Shown here: positions 12,604-26,139 of the stretch, piece after piece | Numbering within the stretch: the stretch's first letter is position 1 | Layout: each line of letters starts with the position of its first letter | NCBI GenBank assembly: GCA_021613535.1 | Contig: CP075493.1 | Coordinates: forward strand, 5,208,001 to 5,272,000 | Length of the DNA stretch: 64,000 nucleotides | DNA from: Adineta vaga | Lineage: Eukaryota; Animalia; Rotifera | Reading direction: 5' to 3' | Made by a program: the position numbers and the translations under genes | Notes under the pieces: generated by a model | Told to the model about the DNA's origin: nothing | The model's database searches: none | Seen by the model: the letters and a program-made list of their open reading frames with translations, nothing else

Positions 12604-14435
12604 AACGATATTCACGTAAAGTTGAAAAATAAAGTACCGTTTTATTTTCTTTTGTATACAGATATACGCCTCCTTATTCTCATCGAATATTATCTTTTAA
12701 AAACATCTGTTTTTTCTTCTCAGGATTCCATTCTTCAAAGAAAGTATTTTGCTGATTTACCGAACAAATATCCTATTTTTTTCGAAATTTTATTTATCAC
12801 AGGAGAAGAAAAGAAATAGTTCGAAACTGAAGGGATTTTGTTGGTATAAAACAAAACCTCAAATTTAAAGACATGATTGAGAAAATGTTGTCGTGATTTA
12901 TTATAGTGGAATCGGTATTTAATAGAAACAAATATGAAGCTATCGTCCAAACATGACAAACTTTGTTCGATCTCAACAGATACTTTCATGTAACTTGAAA
13001 AACACGATAAATAACTGATTTAAACTTGTCGTTAAAGTGATACTTACATCAAGTATCTCCATACTCTGATTTACAGGTACACACGATTGGTTTGATCTAT
13101 CGATAAGTACTTCATTGTTTTAGTCTTCTGTAAAAAACAACGAATTTCTTTTGTTCAATTCACATGATGATGTCGATCAGACGACTATACATCTTGACAT
13201 AGGCAAGTACAATACATGCTGTTCAATTCAAGTATTTGCTTTTGCTGTATGAATATCGAATTCTTCTTTTTGTTGATTTCGAATAGAATCGGAACAGATT
13301 TTTAACATAGAAATAATTTATTTATAAATAACATAAGAGAGATTTAAGAAGCATTGAGTAAGATAAAACTTAATGATGAACTTTTCATTTTTATTGTATT
13401 GAACTTTCAAACGTTTGAATTTGAAGTGAGAGTTTATGTTAGAGTATTATGATGTGAAGTGGTTAAGTGCCGAGAAAAAGATTGACGAGAAAAATAAATC
13501 TATCAAAGAAGATTGTTTAGAATAGAGATTATATCAAAAATAGAATACAACATTCTCTATAACGAATAGTGAACGTTTTTGATAAATCTTCTAAGGATAG
13601 CAATACTAAAATAATTATTCTATCATACTATTTCCGTTTTTTCTCTTTTGTCATGCCTAGACGTGTATTGTTTAAAAAGTAAAATGGCAAGGAAATCCGA
13701 GTAGTACATTCCTATGGAAACAAATAGAACCATTCAAATGTATCCTTCGGCTATTTTCATATTATCATGCATGAAACTTGATTTCTTTTTCACAATACAT
13801 TGGAATACTCTTCAGAAGTAAAACTTCATGAAGGATTATTCAAACTTTCGGTCTAATTAGATGAGCAATCATCGTCTCGGCAGGTTGAGAAATTTTTTTA
13901 TGGTTTGACTCAAGTGTTTTTCTCTCAGCAATAATCAATCGAATGAGAAGATTAATTGTCACCCATGTGTATTGTTGATTTACAATCCATGATAAGTATT
14001 TCTTTCTTTCCTTTTTTTCCCTTCTTTTTCTTCGCGATTTTGAACCAATGAAAAATTCATCAAGTTTAAACCAATCGAAAACAGTTGAACAGCAACGAAG
14101 AGAAGGAGAAAAAGAGAAAGGAAATGATTATTCTCAATATGTAGACAAGAGCTCTCTTTTGTGTATGTGAAAAAAAAAGAGTGAGAACGAACAAGAAACA
14201 CATATACACACGCACATATTTGTCTGTGTTGTGAGTGGAGTCGAACCTCTTCAATCGATCTCGAAAGCTTTCTGAGAGCCTCCTCAGAGCATCTCTCATC
14301 CTGTGCAGCCTCGTACGAATACGGTAAGTGGCCAATTCTTTCTTCTTTTCTCTTTTCTCTTCTCATTTTTATTCTTACTTATACAAATCATTTGATCATA
14401 CTCAATAAATTCATCATCATGTTTCAGGAAAAACT

Positions 14436-15333
14436 ATGTCATACAACTCTTCATCTTCGCCAACTCGATCTACACCACCTCCTTTGCCATCTTCTCATCC
14501 AATTCAAACGGAAAATTCTTCAGCAAATTATGATCCCTTCTTTCCAACATTTGATCAAAACTCTTTCGCAAGTCATTTCTCATCAACAGGTGTACCATAT
14601 CCATTCTATTCTGATGCTGCAACATCCTATTTTTCAAGTCAAGCAAGAAACTATTCCGATTATCTCAATCAACAAACAGAACAACCAACAAATACAAATA
14701 CATCATCGACAACACCAATTACAAATTCATGGTATCAACCATCACATTGTACCGATCCAAGATTTGCAAGTAAGATTTAAATTGTTCGAATTAACTTTAT
14801 TCATCAATCTTTTTCTCATTTTAGTGTCACGATTATTAACTGGACAAAGTTCATCACAATATGATATGTATCAATCTGCTGCAGCTATGGTTGATCCATT
14901 AAAATCTGCCTATCATCCATTTGCATTTGCACCGAAACGTAAACGACGAGTTCTATTTTCTCAACAACAAGTCATGGAACTTGAAAAACGTTTCGATAAA
15001 AATCGTTATTTAAACGCACAAGATCGTGATCAATTAGCTCATTCATTGAGTTTAACATCCACACAAGTCAAAATTTGGTTTCAAAATCATCGATATAAAA
15101 CAAAAAAAGCATCGAAAGAAAAACCGGGTACTAATTGCAGTGACAGTGGAGATGAACAACAACAGCAACAACAACCACTATCAACAAATCATCATCATCA
15201 TCATCAGCAAATGCAATCAAGCATGTTTCATCCTCAAGTACCTATGCCAGGACAAGCAAATCAACGACTTCATCATGCCCATCATTTACATCATCATCCA
15301 CCTCTTCATTTACTTAAACATGAACCACGATAA
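14436..15333 (+). CDS. NK2-class homeobox protein, divergent NK2.1 paralog
   Basis: Homeodomain [20 protein letters not shown]...[14 protein letters not shown] with the NK2 Tyr54. The upstream SWY...DPRFA|xSRLL motif is characteristic of NKX2-1. Intron at ~14769-14824. Confidence 0.88.
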
Positions 15334-16669
15334 TTAAAAAAATGAAATATACAAAAAAAAACTTCTCTCCTATTTTCTTTTCTTTTTTTTGTCGTGCAAT
15401 TTTTTCTTATTGTGTTTATGGCCAATTGTTTTTTAGAAGGAAAAAAAATGAGCAAAAGAAACGTTTTTTTCTCTAGTTTATTGAATCTGATTAATTATAT
15501 TTACATGATAAATTCAATCATCATCATCATCTTTGTCGTCATCCGAGACCGAACGAGTCCACTCTCCATGTCAGTTTGAAGTGGTCGACGCAGCTGGATA
15601 GGGATCTATAAGTGGTTGAAATGTTGGCACAACGACTAAGATAGAGACACAAAAAAAATGTCGCCACTCTTCACACACATCACATGTGTCAATATTTGAT
15701 ATCGAAGAAGAAAAAGACCTCTTCGAATGCGAAGAAATAAAAAAAATCAGAGAAGAATACGACAAATGTTCTGACGTAATAGCTTGTTTCTCAATTGGGT
15801 GCTTGTTAGCACGTGTTAATCATAATTGATAATGCATTCATTTACTGCTTTGATGGCATTAAGAGAAAGAAAGAGAGAAAGAAAGAAAATGAAGTAAATG
15901 TTTTATTTTTCTTTTCTTCGTCTTTCACTTTTAATATTCACCTTATTTACCCTGAAGGCAATCATTTTCAAAAAAAGAAATCAAACAAAGAAAGTATACG
16001 ATGCCCATTAGACAAAGACTCACTTAAAACACAATTCACCAAGTAAATTAAAGAGACAAAGTCAAACAACAATTAGTACGATATTTCTTTTTCTTTCTAA
16101 TGGAGACACCTATACTCAATCTAGATTGTGTTATCAGCAAAGATGAAACTTAGTGTAGTTGTTCACAGTTTCCTCGAGAGATAAATTGATTATGCAAGTA
16201 TATTCAAACAACATGTGCCTAGTTTGATATTAGCATCATTTGTACAATGATCTGATTTCGTTTATTTTTGCCTTTCTTTCCTCGTAAGCCAATGTGTTAT
16301 TATTTCATTAAAACGACAAGACAGTGATAATTGAAGCTAGTTAGATAGGTCTTCTTATTTATCGTTATATAAGAACGAAAAAAAAAGCAATTCATTCAAG
16401 TATCTACTTGCTAAATATGTATATATTCGTTGTCCTATAGAGTGATGCAATTGTTATACACACGTGTCTTGTTTAATATATAAACCACTCGCCAAATAAA
16501 CACAACAGGAGATCGAAACATAGAAAAGTGGCATCCAACAGATTAGAAAAAACTGCGTATGAACATTGTCGTTTTCATTAGAGACATCGAATATTGTGAT
16601 CATGAAATCGAACGATTGTTGGAGATTAAATACGAATTGTAATTAGCGATTTTTTTGCTTGTGGATTTT

Positions 16670-16688
16670 TCAAGTGGGTAACACTTGA
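16670..16688. promoter_or_regulatory. Inverted pair of NK2 homeodomain consensus sites (TCAAGTG-ggtaa-CACTTGA)
   Basis: Two perfect NKX2 sites in inverted orientation, 5 bp apart, between the two NK2 genes. Confidence 0.45.
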
Positions 16689-17460
16689 CAAAATAGTGCG
16701 TGTGTAGCAATCGGACGAGCCAGATGATGATTTCATTTTCTTTCATCACATGATTGGCTAGTACTCTATCGGAAATTTCACTTCCGATCTCTCGAAAATT
16801 CTGTTACATATCAATCCTCGATTCGATTCTTATATTAAATAATCTGGCGATGTCTTGACAATTTATAATAAAACTAATTTGTCGTTTCATGCAGAAGATA
16901 CCAACGATGAAGTCATCAAATTTCACGATGTATTGATTTTTCACAAGCTCTTATCGAGCTTAATTAGACCTGATGAACATCGATTTATAAGATAAAATAT
17001 GATGTAAAGAAAAAGCTCTTTTCACGTATATATGCAATTCTAAACAGCTCATCGTTGATAAGAAGTTGAATTTAACTGAAAAACACTAGAAAATAGAAAT
17101 AAATATCAACGAAAAGACAAACTATTCTAAATGATGACACTTACTAACAAACTCCTCATTGAAGTATGTGTTCTTTTTATTTTTGGTTAGTCGTTAATTA
17201 TAAAATATGATGTTGTTGTACGGACAATTGAATTTACTTGATTAATAGACGAGCAAAACTTCGAAGCGACTTTGATCCTTTAGTTTTCTTCTTTCTTTGC
17301 CAAAAAGAAATCCTACCAATCGAATCGATCGGATCGTTCCATATGATTAATATTGATTGGCTGGAAAGAAAATCAATACTGTCTTCCTAGATGAATTTAA
17401 TAATCCTTGTTGACGTCAAAAGAAAAACGCAACACTGGTCGAGAAAAGCACTTCTCATAT

Positions 17461-17488
17461 TCATCATCATCATCATCATCATCATCAT
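17461..17488. repeat. (TCA)n microsatellite
   Basis: About nine perfect TCA units upstream of the second NK2 gene. Confidence 0.9.
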
Positions 17489-17839
17489 TGTAGACGACAC
17501 TTCTATCCTATCGAGTGCATCAACTTCAAACAACGAAATAGAAAAGTTTCTCTTCTCTTCTTTTTTTTCCTGTAACTTAAAACAATAACATTACATTAGT
17601 TTTCATCGGTCATATGGTTCTTGTAGTATATAGTATGTATTCGATGATCTTTCTCTAGGTCGACTTTTGAACAATAAAGAAAAACCGATTAAGAACAATG
17701 ATAGAAAAGCTCATATTTTGACTCTCGACGATAAGAAGAAGTACATCCGCCGTCAGTTTCTTTTTATCATCGATCATGAACTTCTCGTTATTCTACTGAA
17801 TGAGCCACTCATAGAAACTTTTTGTTCACTTTATTCGAT

Positions 17840-18898
17840 ATGGCCAAACAGGAACAAATTGATGGTTTTAATTACTATACTAATAAGTACGTAGTAGTTT
17901 CAATACTATTTTAAAGACAAATCTAAAACGAAGATACATGTTCTGATTTTATCAACTTGATCATTGATAAAATGTTTTATTTTTAGTCAATTAAAACGAA
18001 ATATTACTCCACCGACAATACCACCAACATCTGCAATAAGTAATCCTGCTACACCGTTTAGTGTTACAGATATTCTGCATCCATTAGATATGGATGCATC
18101 AGCATCTTACAAACGTTCAATTGAAATGGCTCAAGCATTAGCTGTTGCATCTTCTTCTGTACCACCACCACCACCATCATCATCGTCAGTGCATACTAGT
18201 CAACGTCTGTCAAACAATTCAACATTTAATTCCTCAGTTCTACATAATAATTACTATGGTTCAACACCTGCTGCAACTTTCTCACCTAATCATCAATATT
18301 ATGATTATAGTACATCATTTCAACACAGTGGAACAGTCACAGGACAATATCCATCGAGTTGGTATGGATCAGCTGCAAGTATGTAATATTAACAATAAGA
18401 AAATCAAATTTTTCATTTGTTTCTGTTTTCCCTTCAGTGTCACGATATCTAGCTGGATCATCAACAGCGATGGATAGTGCAACATTAGCTGCAAGTGTTT
18501 ACGGTCATCATCAAGATCCAATGTTAAAATCAACTTATGGACAGTTTTCATTTGTATCACATAAACGTAAACGAAGGATACTTTTCAATCAAGGACAAAT
18601 CTATGAATTAGAACGACGTTTTAAACAACAAAAATATCTCAGTGCACCGGAACGTGAAAATCTCGCAAATATTCTTCAATTAACTCCAACACAAGTATGT
18701 TGTTTTCTTTTTTTTCAATGTACATTTGTGTTAAATGAAATATCTTGTTTCGTTTTCTCTTTCGAAAAGGTTAAAATATGGTTTCAAAATCATCGGTACA
18801 AAACAAAAAAACAAGCAAAAGAACGCGAAAAACTCGATGCTAAACAATTTCGTAAAAATCATTACTCTCAACAACAGCAACAGCAACAATTTGCATAG
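17840..18898 (+). CDS. NKX2-1: NK2.1 (NKX2-1/scarecrow) homeobox protein
   Basis: TN/eh1 motif [12 protein letters not shown]...YKR, SWYG..SRYL, and homeodomain [32 protein letters not shown]...TQ|[11 protein letters not shown]. The start MAKQEQ at 17840 is inferred from an in-phase splice. Confidence 0.88.
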
Positions 18899-19480
18899 AC
18901 TATAATTCATTCATTTCACATAACTTCCTACAAAATATCTTCACATGCTGTTGCTTAGCATAAATCGAACAGCATTTTTTGTCTCTGTATGTTTGTAACA
19001 GTAATGATCGAAATAAATAGAATATTTATTGTATCAGACTGATATATTTCTATTGATGACTCATCGATATATTCTTTATTACATTCTTTATCATAACTTT
19101 GATTATGAACACTGTCAAGCCTAAATACTATTCTTTTTTTTCATCTGATTGATGAAAGTAAATATTTGATTCACATGGAGAACGTGGACATATTTCTCTC
19201 GTTTTTTTGTCATCGCACATGTAACGATTAATAAAGTAAAACATTCTGTTCATTTTCTTTCTTTCTTTTTCTAACATCGAGCTTTGTCCTATTCTACACG
19301 TATGACTACTTAACCCTGAATGATTGATGCTTGCGTGCCAAGGCAAATGCTTCTTTTTTTAACGACAGTTATGTCGTTACCGCTAGTCGTTTCCCTTATT
19401 TCTGTTGTTAGTTTAATCCTTTACGATGAATTTATATATTTTTTCTTTTCTCACGTAGAATCGACAATAAAAAGAAGACA

Positions 19481-20028
<548 letters not shown>

Positions 20029-20996
20029 GTTGAAGAAAAGACAATTAACACATCTGCTTTCTTCTTTTTTTGTGCAATAAATTGAATTAATTTTAAAATT
20101 CTATACAACTTTTCTGAATCTGTCATTCATAACTTCATAGTGCTTATGAATGAAAAAAAAACGGTCGAATATAAAATTGCTCTCTGTTTTGTGGTTTTCG
20201 ATTAATGTTATTGTTAATATTGCATAACTTCGAGAGCGTGGCTCGACCATTTTCCATTTCCATCGATGAATATCTTATGCAGGTGTGTAATCCTGCGTAA
20301 ATACTTCTGTAAGGATGTAAACGAAGTAGTGAATATTAGTTTTAGTAAAATAAAAACTCAATACATGATTGATTATCAATACTATACTTGCTGATGCGAG
20401 ATAGGATATGATTATGGTTTTGTAGCAGATATTTGGTTCAATTCGTTGAAAGAAGAAGAAGAAGAAGAAGACATAATAGGAGAACTTAACAACATTTAGA
20501 CAATATTTCTTATATACTTTCATAAGAAAACGAAAAACAAATCAACGACCTTTCATCACTAACACGTATAACAGAATCTAGTAACCTCACTCACTTTACA
20601 TAGCAACCAACAATTTTAATACATTTTCAAGTTAATCAACATGATCACGATTATCTATCATCATTGATCAGTGTTGTTACATAAAATAAAAACATTCTTT
20701 TGCTTAAGTTTAAAGAAATTCTATTTCATTGAACATATAACTCTTTTCTTCAACCGTTTAAAAGGCTGAAATATTAAAGAACAACATTATTATATTTATT
20801 CAGTCAATGTGATGTCAATCGTTTTTACTTTCTTCATTTTTCTTACTGTTCACACCTATTTCTTCTTCTCGTTTCTTTCTTTCTCCTACATCAAACAATG
20901 ATGAAAACAAAAAAAAAGTGCTTTCATTCTCCTTTTCAAATAAATAGTAAATTCGACTAGAAACACCGGTCGTCATAACAAAAAGTAAAAGGTAAT

Positions 20997-23548
20997 ATGG
21001 CCGCGTTGATCAAACTCTTTTTGACACTTGAACCATCTCTTCGTTTCTATCTTCGTTCACAACGAATTGCTGAAATTCATGAAGCTATCATATCATCCTT
21101 AATTGTTTGTCAACCAAAAGATCCAATTGCATGGTTAATTAGTTGTCTAACTGAATATCATTCTTTAACAAGTCAAGAAAAAGCGAATCTCAATTGGGAT
21201 TATTTCATTCCCGAAGTTTATCGACCTCTCAATCGTCCAATTAATATTGAAAGTTCATTGAGTTATGTTTTTGCTGTTTGTGATGATTCATTAGAACCAA
21301 CGGAACTACAAATTGGACTTGCTATTGGACATTATAAATCACGAATACAACAGAATCTTTTTGCTGCTTGGCTACGTTTTTATCTCACTCGATTAGGTCA
21401 AAAACGATGTTTAGAGAACAAACTACAAGCTGTGGAAGAATATTATCGTGTACGATGTTTAAATACTTATTTTCGGCAATGGTCACAATGGGGTTTGTCA
21501 TACAATGATTTCTATTCATTTGTTTACATTATATTTTCTTTTTGTATAGTTTCACAACGTCTTGCTCGACAAAAAGCAGCCGTATGCCATATAAAACATT
21601 GTTCCGAAACGTATCAAATACGAACAATTCTGAATGAATGGAATCTTGTTGCACAACAAGCACGACGAACACGAGATTATTTCGATCGAATTGAACGTGG
21701 TGAAGATAATCAACAACTTGGATTTCTTAGTAAATTTTAACAATGATTTTGATAAGTTAAATTTCCTTGCTTTTGTTTTTTTTTATTTCAAGGTCATGGT
21801 GAAGCTCGTGATGAATTATCCTTACTCAATCGAGAAACTGCTGTTCGTATATTGGCATATTTAGATGTTGCTGATTTAGCAAGATGTGCTCAAGTATGTC
21901 GAAATTGGAAGATGTTAACACAATCGTCCATGCTTTGGGCTAAACTTGATTTACATCGAACGAGAAAAGTACTCAATGATCGACTTGCTATGCGTTTTAT
22001 ACAACGAGCACGACCTTTTCTACAACATCTTAATCTTCGACAATGTGGTCGTATTGGTCGTTTAACATTTGTCGGTATAAGTAGTTGTAAAAATTTACAA
22101 GATCTAAATTTAAGTGAATGTCCAACAGTAAATGATGAATCAATTAAAATCATCACCAGTGGTTGTCATATATTACTTTATTTGAATTTATCACATACAG
22201 AAATAACAGATCAATCCTTTCGAAGTCTTGCACGTCATTGCCATTTCTTGCAATTTCTCAGTGTTGCTTATGCTCGACACTTTTCCGATCGAGCCTTTGG
22301 TTATTTAGCTAATGGACGTGGTTGTCGAAAACTAAGTCACTTAGATGTAAGTGGATGTACACAGTTGACACCTGTTGGTTTCGAGTCGATTGCTGATGCA
22401 TTTCGTGATCTTGAAGTAAGAAGAATGGAAATGATATCTCATTTAAATTGATTAATTCATTTGTAGACTTTGATAATGGATGATATAAGTAATTTATCTG
22501 ATAAACATATGCAAAATCTATGTAAACGAATGACTCATTTGAAACAAATATCAATGTGGTCATCTGCAAGACGATTATCAGGATATTCTTTTCGACAAAT
22601 GACTTCCTTAACAAAATTAACAACAGTGAAATTTGATTCAAATAAATTAATTACTGATGAAGTAAGAAGATTTCTTTGAAAGTTAGTTGATAGAAAAATT
22701 GTTTTTTAAACTAGCACCTTCGTATCATAGCTCGTTCATGTCCTGAAATATGTCATTTATCCATGACAGATTGTATATCTGTCACTGATATTTGTATGAG
22801 ATATATTGGAACTTTCAAACAATTACGTGTATTGAATGTAGCTGATTGTCTATTAATAAGTGATACTGGTATAAAAGCATTAACGGAAGGTGCTTGTCAA
22901 AATCGTTTACGCGAATTGAATCTAACCAATTGTATGCGTATAAGTGATGGTTCAATTTCGAATCTCTTACGACGATGTAAACGTTTGGCTTATTTAAAAT
23001 TATGTTATTTAGATAAAATATCTGAATCAGGTTTGGAATTAATTGGACAAATGGAACAATTGATATTAATTGATCTAACAGGTACACAATTATCGGATAC
23101 ATCATTGAAAATCTTAGGAAATTCTGGTCAATTACGTTCAGTTATATTATCATCATGTCGAAAAATAACTGATTTAGGTTTAACAAAATTTGCTACAACA
23201 TGTCCAAGTCTTGAACATTTAAATCTATCATTTTGTGCACAATTAAGTGATAATGCGATACGATCAATGGCATTTTGTTGTAAATATTTAACAACATTAA
23301 ATATATGTTCATGTTCATTATTAACCGATATGAGTTTACAATATTTAAGTGGTGTGTGTAAATATTTATATGAAATTGATATATCTTATTGTCAATTAAT
23401 GACAGATAAAGGTTTAAAATGTTTAGGAGATAATTCGGCTTATCTCAAACGTGTTATTGTTATCGAATGTCCGAATATTTCACGAAATGCGATCGATCAT
23501 CTTCTACGTAAGATACCTTATGTACAATATCAATATATAAATATCTAA
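20997..23548 (+). CDS. FBXL13: F-box/LRR protein 13 (dynein regulatory complex subunit 6)-like
   Basis: An N-terminal docking-like segment (RIAEIHEAIISSLIVCQPKDPI) and W-spaced helical repeats precede an F-box (ETAVRILAYLDVADLARCAQVCRNW) and many Cys-containing LRRs. Confidence 0.85.
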
Positions 23549-23603
23549 TTCAATCAAGTATGAACAAAAGACAAGCATTTATAAACATAATTATCGTTAC
23601 ATT

Positions 23604-24925
23604 TTATTGACTAGTAATCTTTAAAAATTCATAACCACTAGCACAAAGAACTAAGATGTATTTCAATAAAATTAATAAAAAGATAAAAAGTAAAATTTGA
23701 ATGCTTATAGATGGGAAATTATTGTCGTCAAGAATGATTTGTCGAGTTTGATTTCTTAATGGAATGAAAACGTATTCACATCGAGCATGTCTACAGGAGT
23801 CACTGACATTACGAGCACCCAATGGACAACTGATCAGACGATCTGGTATACCAGAATCATCATCTCGATGTACACACATCCAAACTTCTTCCAATTCACA
23901 TTTAGAATTGCAATTTATAATTGCTGTTTGATTCAGCATAGTAACTAGATAATCAAGACCGATTTTTTCACCGGCATAGCGTTGAATATACTAAAAACAA
24001 AAGATTAATTATAAACTATGAAAACTAACTCTTGATTGACCTACTTCATAAGTTAAAGATCCAGGTCGAGTAAACTTATCAATTAAATCCAACATATGAG
24101 TCAAATAATTCGAAATATTGTTTCCAAATATTGAAGAACAACATGAGCCTATAAGTATAGCGATTCGTATTTTATTTCTCTAAAGATAAAAATCAAATTA
24201 CCATGTTTTGTCCATTCGTGATTGATAAATAAATTTCTTTTTCCAAGATATCCTGGTGCTAATACTTTCAAACGTTCTTGTTCAGGGACAAGAATGTTAC
24301 TACCATTGACAAGACATTCTTGTATGTTTTCTAAGGATAAACAATTTTCATAATCACCTTGAGTAAAATCTTTGGAAGTAGAATTTGTCCATGGACATAG
24401 ATTTCCATCGATATGACATTTTGACCAATCCACTTTTGTTGCTGTACAAAATTGTGGCCAACCTTGATAATTTCCTTTCGTTGAAAATGTTGGCCAAACA
24501 CCATGTAATACTAAACGTTCACTACCTGGCTGACCTACATCTGTATATGGCGAACAAAAATAACGTAATAAATCAACTGTTTCATTATATTTTTTCGGGC
24601 AACTTGATGGTGGCCAATAAAGACTAAGAATATAGTAAGAAAATAAATCATCATCTGCCCCGGTTATACCACCATTGTATTCAAATGGCGATTGTTGTTG
24701 AGCAGGTGGTAAGGATTTACAAAAACTATCACCGGTTTTTATTTGACAATGTTTATTTGAATATCCACATAAACCAACTGTTTTATTAGTAAAATTACAT
24801 AAGGATTCGGTTGTATCATTCAGACACCAAAAATTTGGTCCATCTAAACATTGAATTTCAACGCAATGGAATCGAGTAAAATAAAAGATAGTCCAACAGA
24901 ATAAAATAAATAGATGATTATGCAT
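23604..24925 (-). CDS. Ribonuclease T2 family protein with an N-terminal SapA-like motif and a C-terminal hydrophobic anchor, three exons
   Basis: Signal peptide; YYILSLYWPPSSC; CAS I LVLHGVWP; CAS II HEWTKHG|SC; INCN...LEEVWMC; C-terminal ILLFIFLLILLKYILVL. Confidence 0.9.
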
Positions 24926-26139
24926 AAGTTAATAAACGAAGATATCACATACTCATTCCGACTTTATATTTTAGATAAAAAAACGAGAAAAAAAAACTTA
25001 CAGTGAAATGATTTTTTTTTAAACCTTGATCTCAAGAACATGTAGATGGTTGTAAACACAACAACAGAACAAGAAAAATAGTAGCGACGTGTTACTCATC
25101 AATCGTATAGTTTTTTGTGCATACATTTTTTATATAATTTCTTTCCTTTTAAGAAGTAGCGCCATCTCTGAATAAAAAAGATTTTAATTCAGAATAGATT
25201 TTTTATTACAAATCTTGAAATTCTTATTCAGTTAATGAATTTTTATTTTTATCCATTACAAAGCAATATTCAATCAAGAATAATATCAGTTTTGAAATTT
25301 GCAATGAAAATATTAAAATCTACACCTCTCTATTGATGATAATGATAAACAAAAACAAATATGAAGAGTGAGAGATTAATTATATGATGAGAAATATATT
25401 ATAGTATGTATTCTAACTATCAATTCGAAAAGTTTCTGAAGATCTTTTATTTTATTTTATTTAGTTCATCGTAAAAGAGATGGATTTTTAGAGATAACAA
25501 ATCATATATTCTATAATGGTATTCTCAATATAATCTTTGATCAGATCGAAAATCGTGATTGGTGATTCACTTATCTAGAGGAAGAAAACTTCTTCTTTAT
25601 TGACCATACGATCTCAAATGAAGCCATATATAAATGATAATAAAAATAAAAAATACACATGCTTTGTTATATGTTTATATTGCGTAACAAAATACTCTTT
25701 TTTTTATAATTAGTCAAATTATCTCGACGTCAATAGATGCCACATAGTTTATTGCTAGGTTAGATTAGATTCTAGTTAAATACTCTAATAGATCGATCGT
25801 ATAGGAACGCGTTGCTTTGCGAACAAACGAATAAACATTGCAATCATTTATCAATTTAGACTTCGAAAATATCTTTCGTATTTAGCTCATCATCGATAAA
25901 ACCTTGATTTTGATTACAGTAGTTTCATCAAATTAATGATAATTATATGAGATTTATTTCAAAATAAAACAATTCAAATTGACACTTTTTCTTTCTTTCT
26001 TTCTTTCTACAACTAAACTCAACGTATTCACTTATTATATTGAAGTACATTTCTATACAATTGAAACTAATTGCTGACATTTTGATTATGATCATGTGTT
26101 CATATACATATGTGCATATGTTATATCATCATATAGATC

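Noticed and set aside
14250-14275. GGTTCGACTCC (tRNA T-loop/B-box-like) on the minus strand
   Set aside because: No D-arm, anticodon arm or acceptor stem can be formed around it.
13980-14366. Minus-strand ORFs of 89 and 128 aa opposite the NK2 5' region
   Set aside because: They run into low-complexity T-rich sequence, with no recognisable domain or in-frame downstream exon. Kept only as a possible non-coding transcript.
20275-20523. 82-aa minus-strand ORF between MORN4 and FBXL13
   Set aside because: It is driven by an (AAG)n microsatellite and AT-rich composition, with no motif.
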